Source of the DNA: Schmidtea polychroa
Lineage: Eukaryota
Direction: 5' to 3'
DNA length: 64,000 bases
NCBI GenBank assembly: GCA_044892525.1
Contig: CM097885.1
Span: 7,814,001-7,878,000 of the forward strand
In this document: positions 1-11,569 of the stretch, one piece after another
Layout of the letters: the number at the start of each line of letters is the position of its first letter
How positions within the stretch are numbered: the first letter of the stretch is position 1
Made by a program: the position numbers and the translations under genes
Notes under the pieces: model-generated
Database searches by the model: none
What the model saw: the letters and a program-made list of their open reading frames with translations, nothing else
What the model was told of the DNA's origin: nothing

Positions 1-17
1 TTTATTACAATTTTAAA

Positions 18-480
18 ATGTCATCAATTAATACTAAAATCAATGTGGTTCTTTCGAGAAATGGTAAGGATTTTTATTTATTTATTTATATTAAATAATT
101 AAATTTACAATTAGAAACTCGTACCGTTAACTCGTCAGTCTTCAATAGGCGATTAGGTTCTGGAAATGATGGAAATGGTATATTTATAATTATTATAAAT
201 ACTTTAATTATTATTATTATCTTTATTATTTAGACAATTATTTTGGTGATTGGGCCGCAATTACCGAAAATGACGACATATTAGATATTTCAAACATATT
301 CCAAAATGGGAATTTATTAGTTTAATTAAAATTGTATTACCATTAACATTTTAGAATCTTCTGTTTCTCATAACAAGAATTTTCCAATAATAAATGCCGC
401 AGTAGTGGATACCTCCGTTGTGTATAATTTGAATGATCCCATCCCTATTGGGGACTCAGTTTCGAATAACGAATCAAAAT
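18..480 (+). CDS. Putative spliced 5' exons of the pPolB gene (18-63, 115-177, 234-308, 355-480), joining an acceptor at 921
   Basis: ATG at 18. The introns at 64-114, 178-233 and 309-354 are AT-rich (46-56 nt) and end in TTAG; all introns are phase 1. Internal exons are 63/75/126 nt and stop-free in one frame. The donor at 481 (GTATGT) spliced to TTATTAG|GC at 921/922 is in frame with ORF 954. The third donor reads GG instead of GT. Confidence 0.6.
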
Positions 481-650
481 GTATGTTTCATTTTATTAAT
501 ATATAGTTTTTAATTAATTAATAACTTAATAATAATATAGATTTTATGTAAATATAATGTAAATATAACTTTATGTAAATTATTTCAGTTATCATTAAAA
601 TAGTAATTGTAATAGTAATAATTATAATAGTAATTGTAATAGTAGTAGTA

Positions 651-728
<78 letters not shown>

Positions 729-804
729 TTAATATTTAAAATTTGTCTATAATATTATCAACTATAAAATAATTAGTTAATGTTAAATAATGCTAAGTTA
801 TTAA

Positions 805-873
<69 letters not shown>

Positions 874-953
874 ATAAATAATACATTTTCATTCAATAAA
901 TAATTATTTAACTTTTATTAGGCAAATTTTATCTTAAATATTGTAATTCGTCT

Positions 954-3900
954 ATGGGTCATGACAATAAATGCCACAAAAATATGAAGAAATATTATCG
1001 CCAACCTTTTAATGGCATCAACTTTTTTATTTGCCCCATATGCAAAACTTCCCAGAGTGTAAGGTATAAGGAATTTTATAGTCAACATTCTCAGCACTTA
1101 AATTCTTTCAAAACAAATAAACAAGAACTGTTTAAAATAATAAATAAGAATAACATTGAAATTGTAAATATTTTAAATAATAACACAAAAAAGAAATCTA
1201 ATAAAAGACCTGCTGAACATAGGGTGTCTAAAATTAAAAATAAAATTATAAAAACTGAAGTTATTGAGATCAGTGACGACGAAATTATTAAAAATGAAGT
1301 CATTCTACTCAGTGATGACGAATGTAATAATATTACATATACTATAAATCATGATATTATAAATGATAATATTGATACTATAAATGCTATAAATGAAAAT
1401 ATAAATAATGATAATACTATAAATACTATAAATCAAATAGGTGGATCATCTTTAGCGATTGAGCCGATAATAGAATCAAATTTAAATGGCGCCATTCGAA
1501 CTATTCGATTTAATATTGCCGATTCACAATTAATTAAAATTATAATAACGGATAAAATCACTGAAAAGTTAACATCTGAAATAAATAACATGGGTAGCGT
1601 CAAAATTCAATTCGCTATTCTTATAAGATTTGAAAAAGATGGGGAAATCCGTGACAACTACTTTTCAAATAACGCCGAGATCTTTTCGGATAACTTTTTA
1701 ATTGAGGGAGTTAATAAGTTAAACGAAAAAATTGAAAAGTTTACTTATTTAGGTAGTGGCTGGAGAGTAATTAATATCTTAGAGATTGATTTCATTCTGA
1801 CTAAATTTGCTCCTATTTGTCGCCTATCTGGTCATAGTTACATTCGTACACCCGCAGATTTGAAATCTAAAGGAGCAATTATTAATGTTAAAAATAAGGA
1901 TCATAAGTGTTTCCTTTATAGTATTCTCGCGCTCTTGAAAAAAGATGAAATAGGTAGCCACCCTGAAAGAGTTTCAAAATATGAAAATCTTTTAAATATT
2001 CTTAATTACAATGAAGTCACGGATTGTCCGATGAAATTGTGTAATATACCTAAATTCGAAAAGAAAAATTTAGACTTAAATCTTGCCATAAATGTTCTGG
2101 CTTATACCCCTACTGTGATAGTTGATGATGGTCAGGTTCCTAATGACTATGTTTTTAAACACCCCCACTTAAGTATAATTCACAGATCAACGGTTACTAT
2201 CGGTACTCCAATTTATTTATTACTCTTGGAAAATAAGGATAATTATCATTACACCGCAGTGACTAACATTACACGTTTAATGAACTGCCATCGTAATAAT
2301 GACTGTAGTATTCAAATAAGATGCAAATGGTGCCCACATTGTCTTAACGGTTTTCGATTAGACAATGCTTTCACTAAACATGTGGCCCTATGCAGTAAAA
2401 ATCAAACGGGTACAACCCTTTACACTTTACCCGAAAATAAATATTTAGAGTTTCAAAATCATTCAAAGAGAATCACCCCACCCTTTGTTATTTATGCCGA
2501 TTTTGAATCGGTTTTACCTAAAGATGTTAAACATCATCAAATACATTTACCTATTTCAGCAGGTCTTTTATTAATAAATAATCTTAACAATAGAAAATCG
2601 TATTACGAGTTTTATGGTCTTGATTGTATACCTCAATTTCTTAAAAAAGTAGAGGAAATTGCTGTCACAATTGTCCTACCTTATTATGAGCTTGAAGGGA
2701 AAAAACGGTTAGGACCTATGACTTTTGCTGAGGAACGACAATTCAAATCTTGTAGGAACTGCTATCTTTGCAAGAAGGTTTTATCCCTTGCTGTTCGAGA
2801 TCATGACCATTTTACTGGTAATTATCTCGGTGCAGCCTGTAGGAAATGTAATATGGCTCGCAGAATTTATAAACAGCTGCCGATTGTATTTCATAATTTA
2901 CGAGGCTACGACTTACACCATATTTTAAAATATGGTCTCAATGGCTTTCCTTCTTGGAATTTGAATATAATACCCACAAGCACAGAGAAATTTATCTCGA
3001 TGATTGTTCACATTAAAAAATTAGCTGTTCGTTTTATCGACAGCATACAATTTGTTAATTGTTCTTTGGCTAAGGCTGTAAAAACTCTAACTGATCTTCC
3101 TTTGACTTCGTCGGTTTTTGATAGGTTAATAATAGATGCTAAAGCCATATTTCCTTATGATTATGCGACTGATTTGGATGTACTTGAAACCACTTATGAA
3201 TTGCCTCCTATTTGGTCTGGTGTTACTGAAGATGAGTATGCTAAGGCTCAACGTATTTGGACTCAACAACGTTGTACTAAATTGGCTGACTATATGTTAA
3301 CTTATCAAAAATTGGATGTATTCCTCCTTGCGGACTATTTCCAACAATTTCGTGCCAAGGCCATTGCATACAATGGTCTAGAACCTCTAAACTTTTATGG
3401 TATTCCGGGTATGTCATGGGCCTCAGCGCTTATGACATTAACTGAGCCTATAGAACTTTTACAGGACATGGAAATGTTCAATTTTTACGAAGGAGGAATA
3501 CGTGGTGGGTTAACATTTGTTAACAAACATTACGTTGCTGCTTCCGATAATACAGAATTATTATATATTGATATAAATAATCTGTATGGTTGGGCTCTTA
3601 GCCAAAATCTTCCTTTTGCTGATTTCACTTGGGTGTATGATGGATTGAATGATGTATTGCTTGAGTGCATGAATGCTGACATTGAAATCCTTCCCTATGG
3701 TTATACCATAGAAGTGGATATAGATATTCCAGAAATTTTTCATGATTTCTTAAATGACTTTCCTCTTGCTCCTGAGAAAATGTGCCCGCCTGGTTCGAAA
3801 GTTGAGAAGTTGATGCTCACGCATTGGCCAAAGAAGAACCATGTTCTTCATTGGAGGCTTCTCAAGCTTTATTTGTCTCTTGGTGCCAAAGTTGTACACA

Positions 3901-4855
3901 TCCATAGAGCTACAAAATTCAAGCAAGCACCGATTTTTAAAAATTATATAAATAAAAATACACAGCTAAGAGCTGAAGCAAGCAGTGAACTGTACAGAGA
4001 TTTATTCAAATTGTATAATAATAGCTTGTACGGTAAATCCGTTGAAAACCTTAAGAAGAGATTAAATTTACGACTATGTAATTCCGCGAAAAATTAATTA
4101 CATATTCATCAAAACCATCATTTAGAAAAACCATCAAAATTGATGATGATCTTTTTGGTGTACATCTCAATAAGGAGTCTATATGTTTGGATAGACCCAG
4201 CTACATCGGACAATCAGTGCTGGATTTATCCAAACTAAGGATGTATCAATTACAGTACATAGAATTATCAAAATATAGGAGTCAGTTTAACTGTGATATA
4301 AATATAGTTCCGGGTGATACCGATAGTTTCTTCTTAGAGGTCAAAAATGTAAAGCTTGACGTTCTTTTGCCAGCGATGATTTCGGATGACTTGTTAGACA
4401 CCTCAAATTATGATCCCTCTCATCCTTTATATTCTAGGAGACTTGACTCAGTTATAGGAAAGTTTAAGGATGAGAGTAAGGGTGTAGGATATAGTGAGTG
4501 GGTTTTCTTGCGACCAAAGTGCTACAGTCTTTTAGGAAATAAATCTACTATGAGAGCTAAGGGCGTAAAATTACCAGGTACAGATATAAAACATCAATCT
4601 TATTTAGACTGTTACAACAACAACACAGTTATTTCTGTACCTCAGACTAGAATAGGAACCCGAAATCATCAGCTTTTTACCTTTAAAAACTCAAAGATTG
4701 CTTTAACTAATCATGATGATAAAAGAGCTTGGGTAGAGAAAAACTCTAGTTTTGCATATGGTCATTATTTAGGGGTTGATGTCATTGATAATGACGATAA
4801 TGATATTCAATCAGGAGCAGATCCCGATCTCATCAATCAACATCTACAAGATTAA
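954..4855 (+). CDS. Protein-primed family B DNA polymerase (pPolB), split by a 1-nt frameshift at ~4089-4094
   Basis: Exo I VIYADFES, Exo II FHNLRGYD, Exo III YQKLDV; polymerase motifs YIDINNLYG, KLYNNSLYGK, GDTDS and RPKCY. Endonuclease VII-like Zn insert CYLC...DHDHFTG...ACRKCN; N-terminal GSGW and DHKCF...HY region. After TAA 4095-4097 the -1 frame continues LITYSSKPSFRKTIKIDDDLFGVHLNKESICLDRPSYIG into ORF 4187-4855. Confidence 0.93.
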
Positions 4856-5229
4856 TTTAATTCTGTGATCGGACTTGTTTGAATTTTTGTAAAATAGAAA
4901 TTATTGTAAAGTCTCTTTTTCGTTTTATAATTATCGGTTTTATTTCTTTGATTTTTTTTTTTTTTTTTTTTTTTTTAATAATTTGATGTGTAAAAGTATT
5001 TTATTAGAATGTAGTTTGTTAATAAAAATAATAATAAAAATAATACTTACTATATTGCGCACAAACATTATATCTTCAAATATATAACCACTGGATAGAG
5101 CTCTTCAAGACCTTTTTAATGAACCATTATTCAATAAAATCTATCGAAGATAATCCTTAAAATTACCATTATTGATTTTAAATTATTTTCTTGTTTAATA
5201 AATGAGTTGTTTTAATGTATCTCTTATAA

Positions 5230-5787
5230 ATGTGTGCAGAATATAAGTATTTTCATAAATTTATTAAGAAATTACTGATGACCACGAGATCATTCAAGTT
5301 TTTAAACTGCACCGTTGAAGATTTTATGAACAATTATGATACTCTCACTGAAAAGGAAACCATAAAAATTTTAGAAATTTTCAAACATTCCTCCATTGGA
5401 TATTTGATTGATTTATTTAATTACAATAAATGCATTTTGAAGTTATCGATTTATTTGATGCATTTAGACAAAGCAATAGTAGATAATGATTCATTGAATG
5501 AATGCTTTTGGAATTGTATGGATTTAAGGCTGGAACCAGGATATAGTAGTAGATTGATTTATGAATGGATATCGAAATCCGAATTGATTGAAAATAAGCT
5601 AAGGAAAAAACTCAATGATGGTAGGAAAATGTATTTAACTTGTTACATTTGTAAAGAAAATCAAGTATCGGTTTTGTTTTTACCTTGCGGACATGTAATT
5701 GTATGTTCTAAATGCCATGATTCAAATGTTCGCAAATGTAAAGCATGTTCAATGTATATTAATGAGTATCATACTATATACATTTAA
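5230..5787 (+). CDS. C-terminal RING finger protein (IAP/MDM2-type RING, no BIR domain seen); putative E3 ligase cargo of the Polinton
   Basis: CYICKENQVSVLFLPCGHVIVCSKC...CKAC at the extreme C-terminus, followed by AATAAA overlapping the stop. The true start could be the ATG at 5278. Confidence 0.85.
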   Translation: MCAEYKYFHKFIKKLLMTTRSFKFLNCTVEDFMNNYDTLTEKETIKILEIFKHSSIGYLIDLFNYNKCILKLSIYLMHLDKAIVDNDSLNECFWNCMDLRLEPGYSSRLIYEWISKSELIENKLRKKLNDGRKMYLTCYICKENQVSVLFLPCGHVIVCSKCHDSNVRKCKACSMYINEYHTIYI

Positions 5788-5857
5788 TAAACATTTATTT
5801 CTTTACCTTTGTTATTAATACTCAAAATAATATTCAAACTAAACCAAATTTACAAAC

Positions 5858-5910
5858 TACCGCGCCAGCCCCTTCGGGGCGGGCGGCGGGCGGGCGGGCG
5901 AACGGCGGTT
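5858..5910 (+). other. GC-rich hairpin with C(TTCG)G loop followed by a (GGGC)n tract
   Basis: CGCC-A-GCCCC-TTCG-GGGC-G-GGCG then GGGCGGGCGGGC, an isolated GC island in otherwise very AT-rich DNA. Confidence 0.7.
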
Positions 5911-6049
5911 GTGTATGTCGATGATTTTAATTTTTATTAAATTCATTTGTTTGATTTCAAAATTAGATTTGTGTGACGAACCTTGTTAAATTTTTGGTTT
6001 GATGTATTCGAGGAAGAAAAAAAAAAAAAAAATTTGTAAAACATTCTTT

Positions 6050-6868
6050 TACTATTTAGTTGGAAAATTTGGGAAAATAGTTTTGAAAACTTTTTAAAAT
6101 TTGAAAGATTTTGAGTTGGGAAATTTGGGGAATTTCATTTTTGGGACTTTTTAATTTTTGAAAAAATTTGAGTTGGGAAAATTGTTTTTGGGAATTTTTA
6201 AAATTTGGGAAATTTTGAGTTGGGAAATTTATTTTGGGGATTGAAAATTTGTTGAAATGATCAATTTACAGTTTGAATAAAAATCAAAGTTTTTGACACT
6301 TGAGGGTAAGGACTCACCATACATCTTTGAAGGTTTGACCATCACACTCTACTCTCAAATACCTTTTGAATGATGTATATATATTATAAAGTTTGAAAAA
6401 ATTCGAAATTTTTTGACCCTTTGAAGGTGAAGGACTCACCATACACCTTTGATTGTATGACCATCATACTCACATCTCAATTACCTTTTGAATGACATGT
6501 ATTATAGAGTTTGAAAAAATTCGAGGGTTTTGCACCTTTTGAAGGTTAGGGATTCACCATACACCTTTGAAGGTATGATCATTGTACTCTACTCTCAAAT
6601 ATCTTTTGAATGATGTATATATTATAGGGATACATGTTAAAAATAACTTGACCTACATATTTTTTTTTTTTTATAAACTATATAGTCGTGACCTACTTAA
6701 TTTGACTTATTTATTTATATAGTGTCCTGGAGGTAACATATATTTAAAGTAACTTGACCTACATATTTTAATACCTATATAGTCGTGACCTACATAATTT
6801 TAACTTGACCTACTTATATATATGTGTCCTGGAGGTGACATGTCCTGGAGGTGACACATCTTACTACT
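6050..6868. repeat. Polinton subterminal/terminal repeat region (GAGTTGGGAAA repeats, three ~120-bp units, TGACCTAC and TGTCCTGGAGGTGACA repeats)
   Basis: Direct repeats are visible at 6060-6240, 6290-6625 and 6645-6860. The ~120-bp unit recurs at 54400-55030. Confidence 0.8.
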
Positions 6869-6948
6869 ATTTACATTATTCAAATTATTTACATTATAAA
6901 AATTATTTACATTATTATAACCAGCATTTTCATCAAAATCAAAATTAC

Positions 6949-8046
6949 CTAATAAATGGCTCCTATCATCGCCTCCTGTGATGGAGCTTCCTCGTTTGGG
7001 TATTGCATTTCGTCGTATTTCTCTTCGGCTTCGCTTGAATAATTCAGTTGATAGTTTGCATCTTGATTTCCAATTGCTGCTACCTCTCTTCTGTTATACA
7101 GATTGTTCTGTTGAAATCGGCCCCCTTTATTTCGGTGTGCTGCATTATTTCTTCCGTAATGATTCATTTTCGGCTTAAATCTTTCTAGGTTTGTATAACA
7201 TTCAGTTTCTTTGTGACCTTGTAGATGACATCTCCTACACTGAATGTTTGGACATTCTCGGCGTACGTGTCCATATAATCCACATCCAAAACACTGAATC
7301 CTCCTCTTCATAGTACATTCTCGGCTTAAATGACCTGGTTTATGGCATGTCCAGCATACGACGTTCTTAGTCGCTTCCAATGGTTTTGACATTGGCATCG
7401 TATTTGTCTGCGCGGGTCTTTGAACGGCATCTCTGTAGGTTTTGACAGGTTTCATATATGTTATAGGTCGGATGGAGTTAACATGGTTTATAGCTTTATT
7501 CACTTTCTCAACTTTTCTAATTGTGCTTTTAATTTCTTCTGACGTCTTGAGTTCTTGCATTTCTATTTCCTTTTTAACTTTTTTATCTCGAGCCCCATTC
7601 ATGAGTAGGCACTTTTTAATTTCTTCTTCGTTCCACTCATGTCGCAGTAATCTTTTGGTTAATTTCTCTACTTTTTCCATAAAGCGGTCTGCTGAATCGG
7701 ATCCTTGTTCATAATTTAGAGCTTCCTTTAAGTCTTCGAATAATGATTTTGGCCTCGAAAATGCTGATCTGAGCTTCTCTTCAAATGTTTTTCCTTCTGC
7801 TTTTTCATATTCATCGTATAATGGTTTATCCAACAGTGTGGTAACCAGAATAATCTGCATCTTGACTGATGTTTTCGTAATATTAAAAAGATTTTGGCCT
7901 TCTTTGATGAATTCTTCCAGGTCGTCGTCTCTGTGGAATCTTTCTGGTAGCAACCTGCTAATCAATAGGTTTGTTGGCGTGGTCGCCATGTTAGCCGCAA
8001 CAACGTCAAATTCATTCTCAATCTCCATAATTAATAAATTAAACAA
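6949..8046 (-). CDS. gag: LTR retrotransposon (Gypsy-like) Gag with three CCHC zinc knuckles
   Basis: CWTCHKPGHLSREC, CFGCGLYGHVRREC and CRRCHLQGHKETEC; helical capsid-like N-terminal half; frameshift signal at the 3' end. Confidence 0.9.
   Translation of the reverse strand: MFNLLIMEIENEFDVVAANMATTPTNLLISRLLPERFHRDDDLEEFIKEGQNLFNITKTSVKMQIILVTTLLDKPLYDEYEKAEGKTFEEKLRSAFSRPKSLFEDLKEALNYEQGSDSADRFMEKVEKLTKRLLRHEWNEEEIKKCLLMNGARDKKVKKEIEMQELKTSEEIKSTIRKVEKVNKAINHVNSIRPITYMKPVKTYRDAVQRPAQTNTMPMSKPLEATKNVVCWTCHKPGHLSRECTMKRRIQCFGCGLYGHVRRECPNIQCRRCHLQGHKETECYTNLERFKPKMNHYGRNNAAHRNKGGRFQQNNLYNRREVAAIGNQDANYQLNYSSEAEEKYDEMQYPNEEAPSQEAMIGAIY
6959..7000 (-). promoter_or_regulatory. Gag-pol -1 programmed ribosomal frameshift signal
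   Basis: In-frame slippery heptamer C CCA AAC (7000-6994), a 6-nt spacer, then the stem-loop GCTCCATCA...TGATAGGAGC. The -1 frame stays open to the Polinton junction at 6869. Confidence 0.8.
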
Positions 8047-8528
8047 ATAAAATTACTAAATTTATTTTTATTCACAAACTGCGCTTTTTTTGTAATATTC
8101 AAACAATCTGTTCGAGGCTTTTTTATTATTTTAATTTTGATGCTGATTTCAATGCTGGTTTAATTTATTTTAATATTTAATATATTTTTAGTTATTTTTA
8201 TATTTTAAACTTACTTTAATTTATTAATTTAAATATTTATATAAAAATTTATGTAATCTGATATATACAATTTAAATGTTTATTAGCAATATCCAGTTTT
8301 AACTTAAACGTGAATTCTACCCTTTCACATACTATGCCAATTTTACAGTTTTTTTTATCAATTTCGTTGTAAATATAGAGCAAATTGTAAATTTTTTGTT
8401 TTGTCCAGTTTGTAGATACAAAGAAACAGAAACAAAATACATAAAAACATATAAAACATACTAAAAAAAATTTTTTTTGTTACTTTTTATTGATCCATGT
8501 TAACCTCCGGTTTTAAAGGGGGAAGTTG

Positions 8529-9193
8529 TGTCATGTACAGTTATATACTTTATTTATTTCTAAACAAGGTTTTGCGACGCCTTGTTATTTTATTGAGTGT
8601 AGGTCGCAATGGAAAAAGAATAAAAAATACTATATAGCGATAATTTACTATGGTAAATTATCGCTATACAAATAAGGACAAATAAAAATTTTCAATAAAA
8701 AAATTCTGAAAAATAATTCAAAGTTAAAAATAAAGTTACAGATCCAGTTAGCTAACCAATAATTATATTTTAATTCAAGATAAAAATAAGGTAAAGATAA
8801 AATTTCAAGCTCCAATAACGAGTCAAAAATTTGGTTTTTAATACGAGAACAAAGATAAAGATAAAGTAAAGATAAAATTTCAAGATCCAAAACGAGTCAA
8901 AAATTTGTTTTTTAATACGAGGACAAAGGTAAAGTTACAGTACTCGCTATCTAACCAAGAATTATATTTCAACTCAAAGATAAAGCTAAAGTGTCAAATC
9001 TTAAGGACAAGTTAAGGATTTGCGTTGCTATACAAGGTTTTCATAATTTTTATTTGAATAAAAGTTTATGTTTGATATATATTATTGTTAATTTAGTATT
9101 TTATTTTTATATATTCTTACATACATTCACCCCAGCTGTCCCGAGACAGTTTATTTACTGGAGACTTGGCTGGGTACTACCATATTTCTTACA
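8529..9193 (+). repeat. LTR-like segment preceded by a polypurine tract
   Basis: AAAGGGGGAAG (8515-8525) directly precedes TGT...; the segment ends TTCTTACA at 9193. It has internal ~75-bp tandem repeats (8790-8930) and AATAAA at ~9057. No second copy in the window. Confidence 0.5.
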
Positions 9194-10559
9194 GCATTCA
9201 CGAACATAAATACAAACATAATATATATAGCATAATACATATAATATAAGACAAATATAACACGCACACAACAAAGGAACCTCCTAACAAATACTATTAA
9301 GAAGATTATTATTTGAATTAATAAAATTTAATTACAACTTGACTTTTAATTATGGATACAATAAATACGACAAGCAATGTAGCTAATAAGCCAATTTGAT
9401 AAATTTGACTGTATATCCAGTGAATATTGCATAAATCTGAGTTAATTTTAACAAATATTATTGAATATTCTACCAAAGTAGTAATTGTAAAATTAATTAA
9501 GATTTAAAAGTAGTTATTTATGAACGTATATCCAATGCAAAAAAAAGTTTTTATTAAAAAATATTTATGAAGGATTTAATATTGAAAAAAATGTCACAAA
9601 AAGAATAAAATTCATTTTTCTTTTACAGCAGTCAAGTGAAGAGGTTTCTTTATAAAAGAAAGACATCGGTTTAAAAAAGTGAGTTGTGAAATTTTTTCCT
9701 TAAAAAGATCTGAAAGGAAATAATTAAATTAATCCGTCGGCTTCTCTCTAATTTTCAATAAATATTGATAGAGAAAATTTTAATTTCTATGCCAATTTAA
9801 CCGGGCTTTGTGATTTTCAGAGACAAATGAAAACATTAAATGATACGGAAGACATTTAAATGAAAATTGCGATTAGAATAATCGCCAACTATAAGAAATG
9901 ACAACCAAAGAAAAATTACTTTGAAGTTTTTCATTGGAAATTTATCGCGAAAAAAATAAATTGTTAATAAAAATATAGAAAACATAATTTTTTTTAAATA
10001 GGCTTTTTAAACAAGATAAAATACATAATTTAAAATATTCGTTTACAAATTTTCTAGGATAAATTCTAAAAGATTTATTCATTCCCATATTCTGATAGCA
10101 TTCAAACAAAATAGGAACTAATAATAAAAAATCTTTTGTAAAATTTGAGAAACAACCAACAAAAGGAAAATATTCCACAAATGTTTTTTATGTCATTTAA
10201 AAAATATTTTATACAGACAACACAAAGGTGAAATTTCACAACAAAGGTGAAATGGGGTGGAGCGATTGAAGCACTTGTCTTAAATCATAAAATGTAAATG
10301 TAAAAGTTTAAAATAATAATAACAGTAGGTAGATAGTAGCGCACGGCAGCAATGACCCCCCCCCCCCCCGGGGGGGGGTCTGCTGCCGTAATTTTTTTGC
10401 TGCAACTTTTGATTACGCAATTTTTCAGACTATAGTGAAGGGGTCTCGATGGTCCTGGGATTTTCAATACAAAAAAAATTTTTCAATACAAAAACGATGG
10501 TCCTGAGAATTTCAATAGAAAAAGGTGGTCTACACTAAAAAAGCGTGGTAAATTTTTAA

Positions 10560-11260
10560 AATAAAGTAAATAATGGGTCTAAAAATTAAATTACAGTAAA
10601 TTATGGTTCAAACTTTTGAATTACAGTAAATAATGGTCCAAATTTTTGAATTACAGTAAATAATGGTTCTAAAAAATTAAATTACAGTAAATAATGGTCC
10701 AAATTTTTCAATTACAGTTAATTATGGTTCTAAAAAAATTAAATTAAAGTAAATTAAGGTTCAATTTTTTCAATTAAAGTAAATTATGGTCCAAATTTTT
10801 GAATTACAGTAAATAATGGTCCAAATTTTTGAATTACAGTAAATAATGGTTCTAAAAATTGAATTACAGTAAATTATGGTTCTAAAAAATTAAATTACAG
10901 TAAATTATGGTTCTTAAAAATTAAATTACAGTAAATAATGGTCCAAATTTTTCAATTACAGTAAATTATGGGCTAAGATTTTTAAATTAAAGTAAATAAT
11001 AGTCCTAAAAATTAAATTAAAGTAAATTATGGTCTAAATAAGTAAATTAAGGTTCTAAAAATTAAATTACAGTAAATATTGGTCCAAATTTTTCAATTAC
11101 AGTTAATTATGGTTCTAAAAATTTATATTAAAGTAAATTAAGGTTCAAATTTTTCAATTAAAGTAAATAATGGTCCAAATTTTTGAATTAAAGTTAATTA
11201 AGGTCCAAATTTTAAAATTAAGTAATCAATGGTCAAAAATTTTAAATTAAAGTTAAATAA
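10560..11260 (+). repeat. Subterminal ~30-bp tandem array (AATTACAGTAAATAATGGTCCAAATTTTTG-like), mirrored at ~24150-24885
   Basis: About 20 degenerate units are visible. Unit order and number differ between the two arms. Confidence 0.85.
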
Positions 11261-11569
11261 GTAAATTAAAGTAATAATTTTTAAATAAGTAATGTAATAA
11301 GTAAATTAAAGTAAGATTTTAAAATTTATTAACAAAAAGTTGAAATAATAGAAGGTGTTTGAGAATTGAAATTTTTTAATGAAAATTTTTATGAAATAAT
11401 TTTTTAAGTAATTTTTAATAGAAATTTTTATGGAATAATTTTTTAAGTTAATTTTTAATGGAAATTTTTATGAAATATTTTTCAATGATAATTTTAGATG
11501 GAAATTTTTAGGATAATTTTTAATGAAAATTTCTATGAAATATTTTTCAAAGACAAATTTTAATAATAA

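Larger units (their letters stand above)
1..6868 (+). mobile_element. Polinton/Maverick DNA transposon, right portion (left end outside window)
   Basis: Contains a protein-primed PolB and a RING gene, ~120-bp subterminal repeats (6290-6625), and ends ...GGAGGTGACACATCTTACTACT at 6868. The reverse complement AGTAGT... is the typical Polinton terminus. The next 6 bp, ATTTAC, are the predicted TSD. Confidence 0.88.

Noticed and set aside
1091..3743. Small ORFs overlapping pPolB (and those antisense to gag, 6978-8050)
   Set aside because: Shadow frames of real genes.
10560..11260. CRISPR-like appearance of ~30-bp repeats (also 46930-47360 and 49915-50340)
   Set aside because: Head-to-tail degenerate units with no unique spacers, eukaryotic context and no cas genes.
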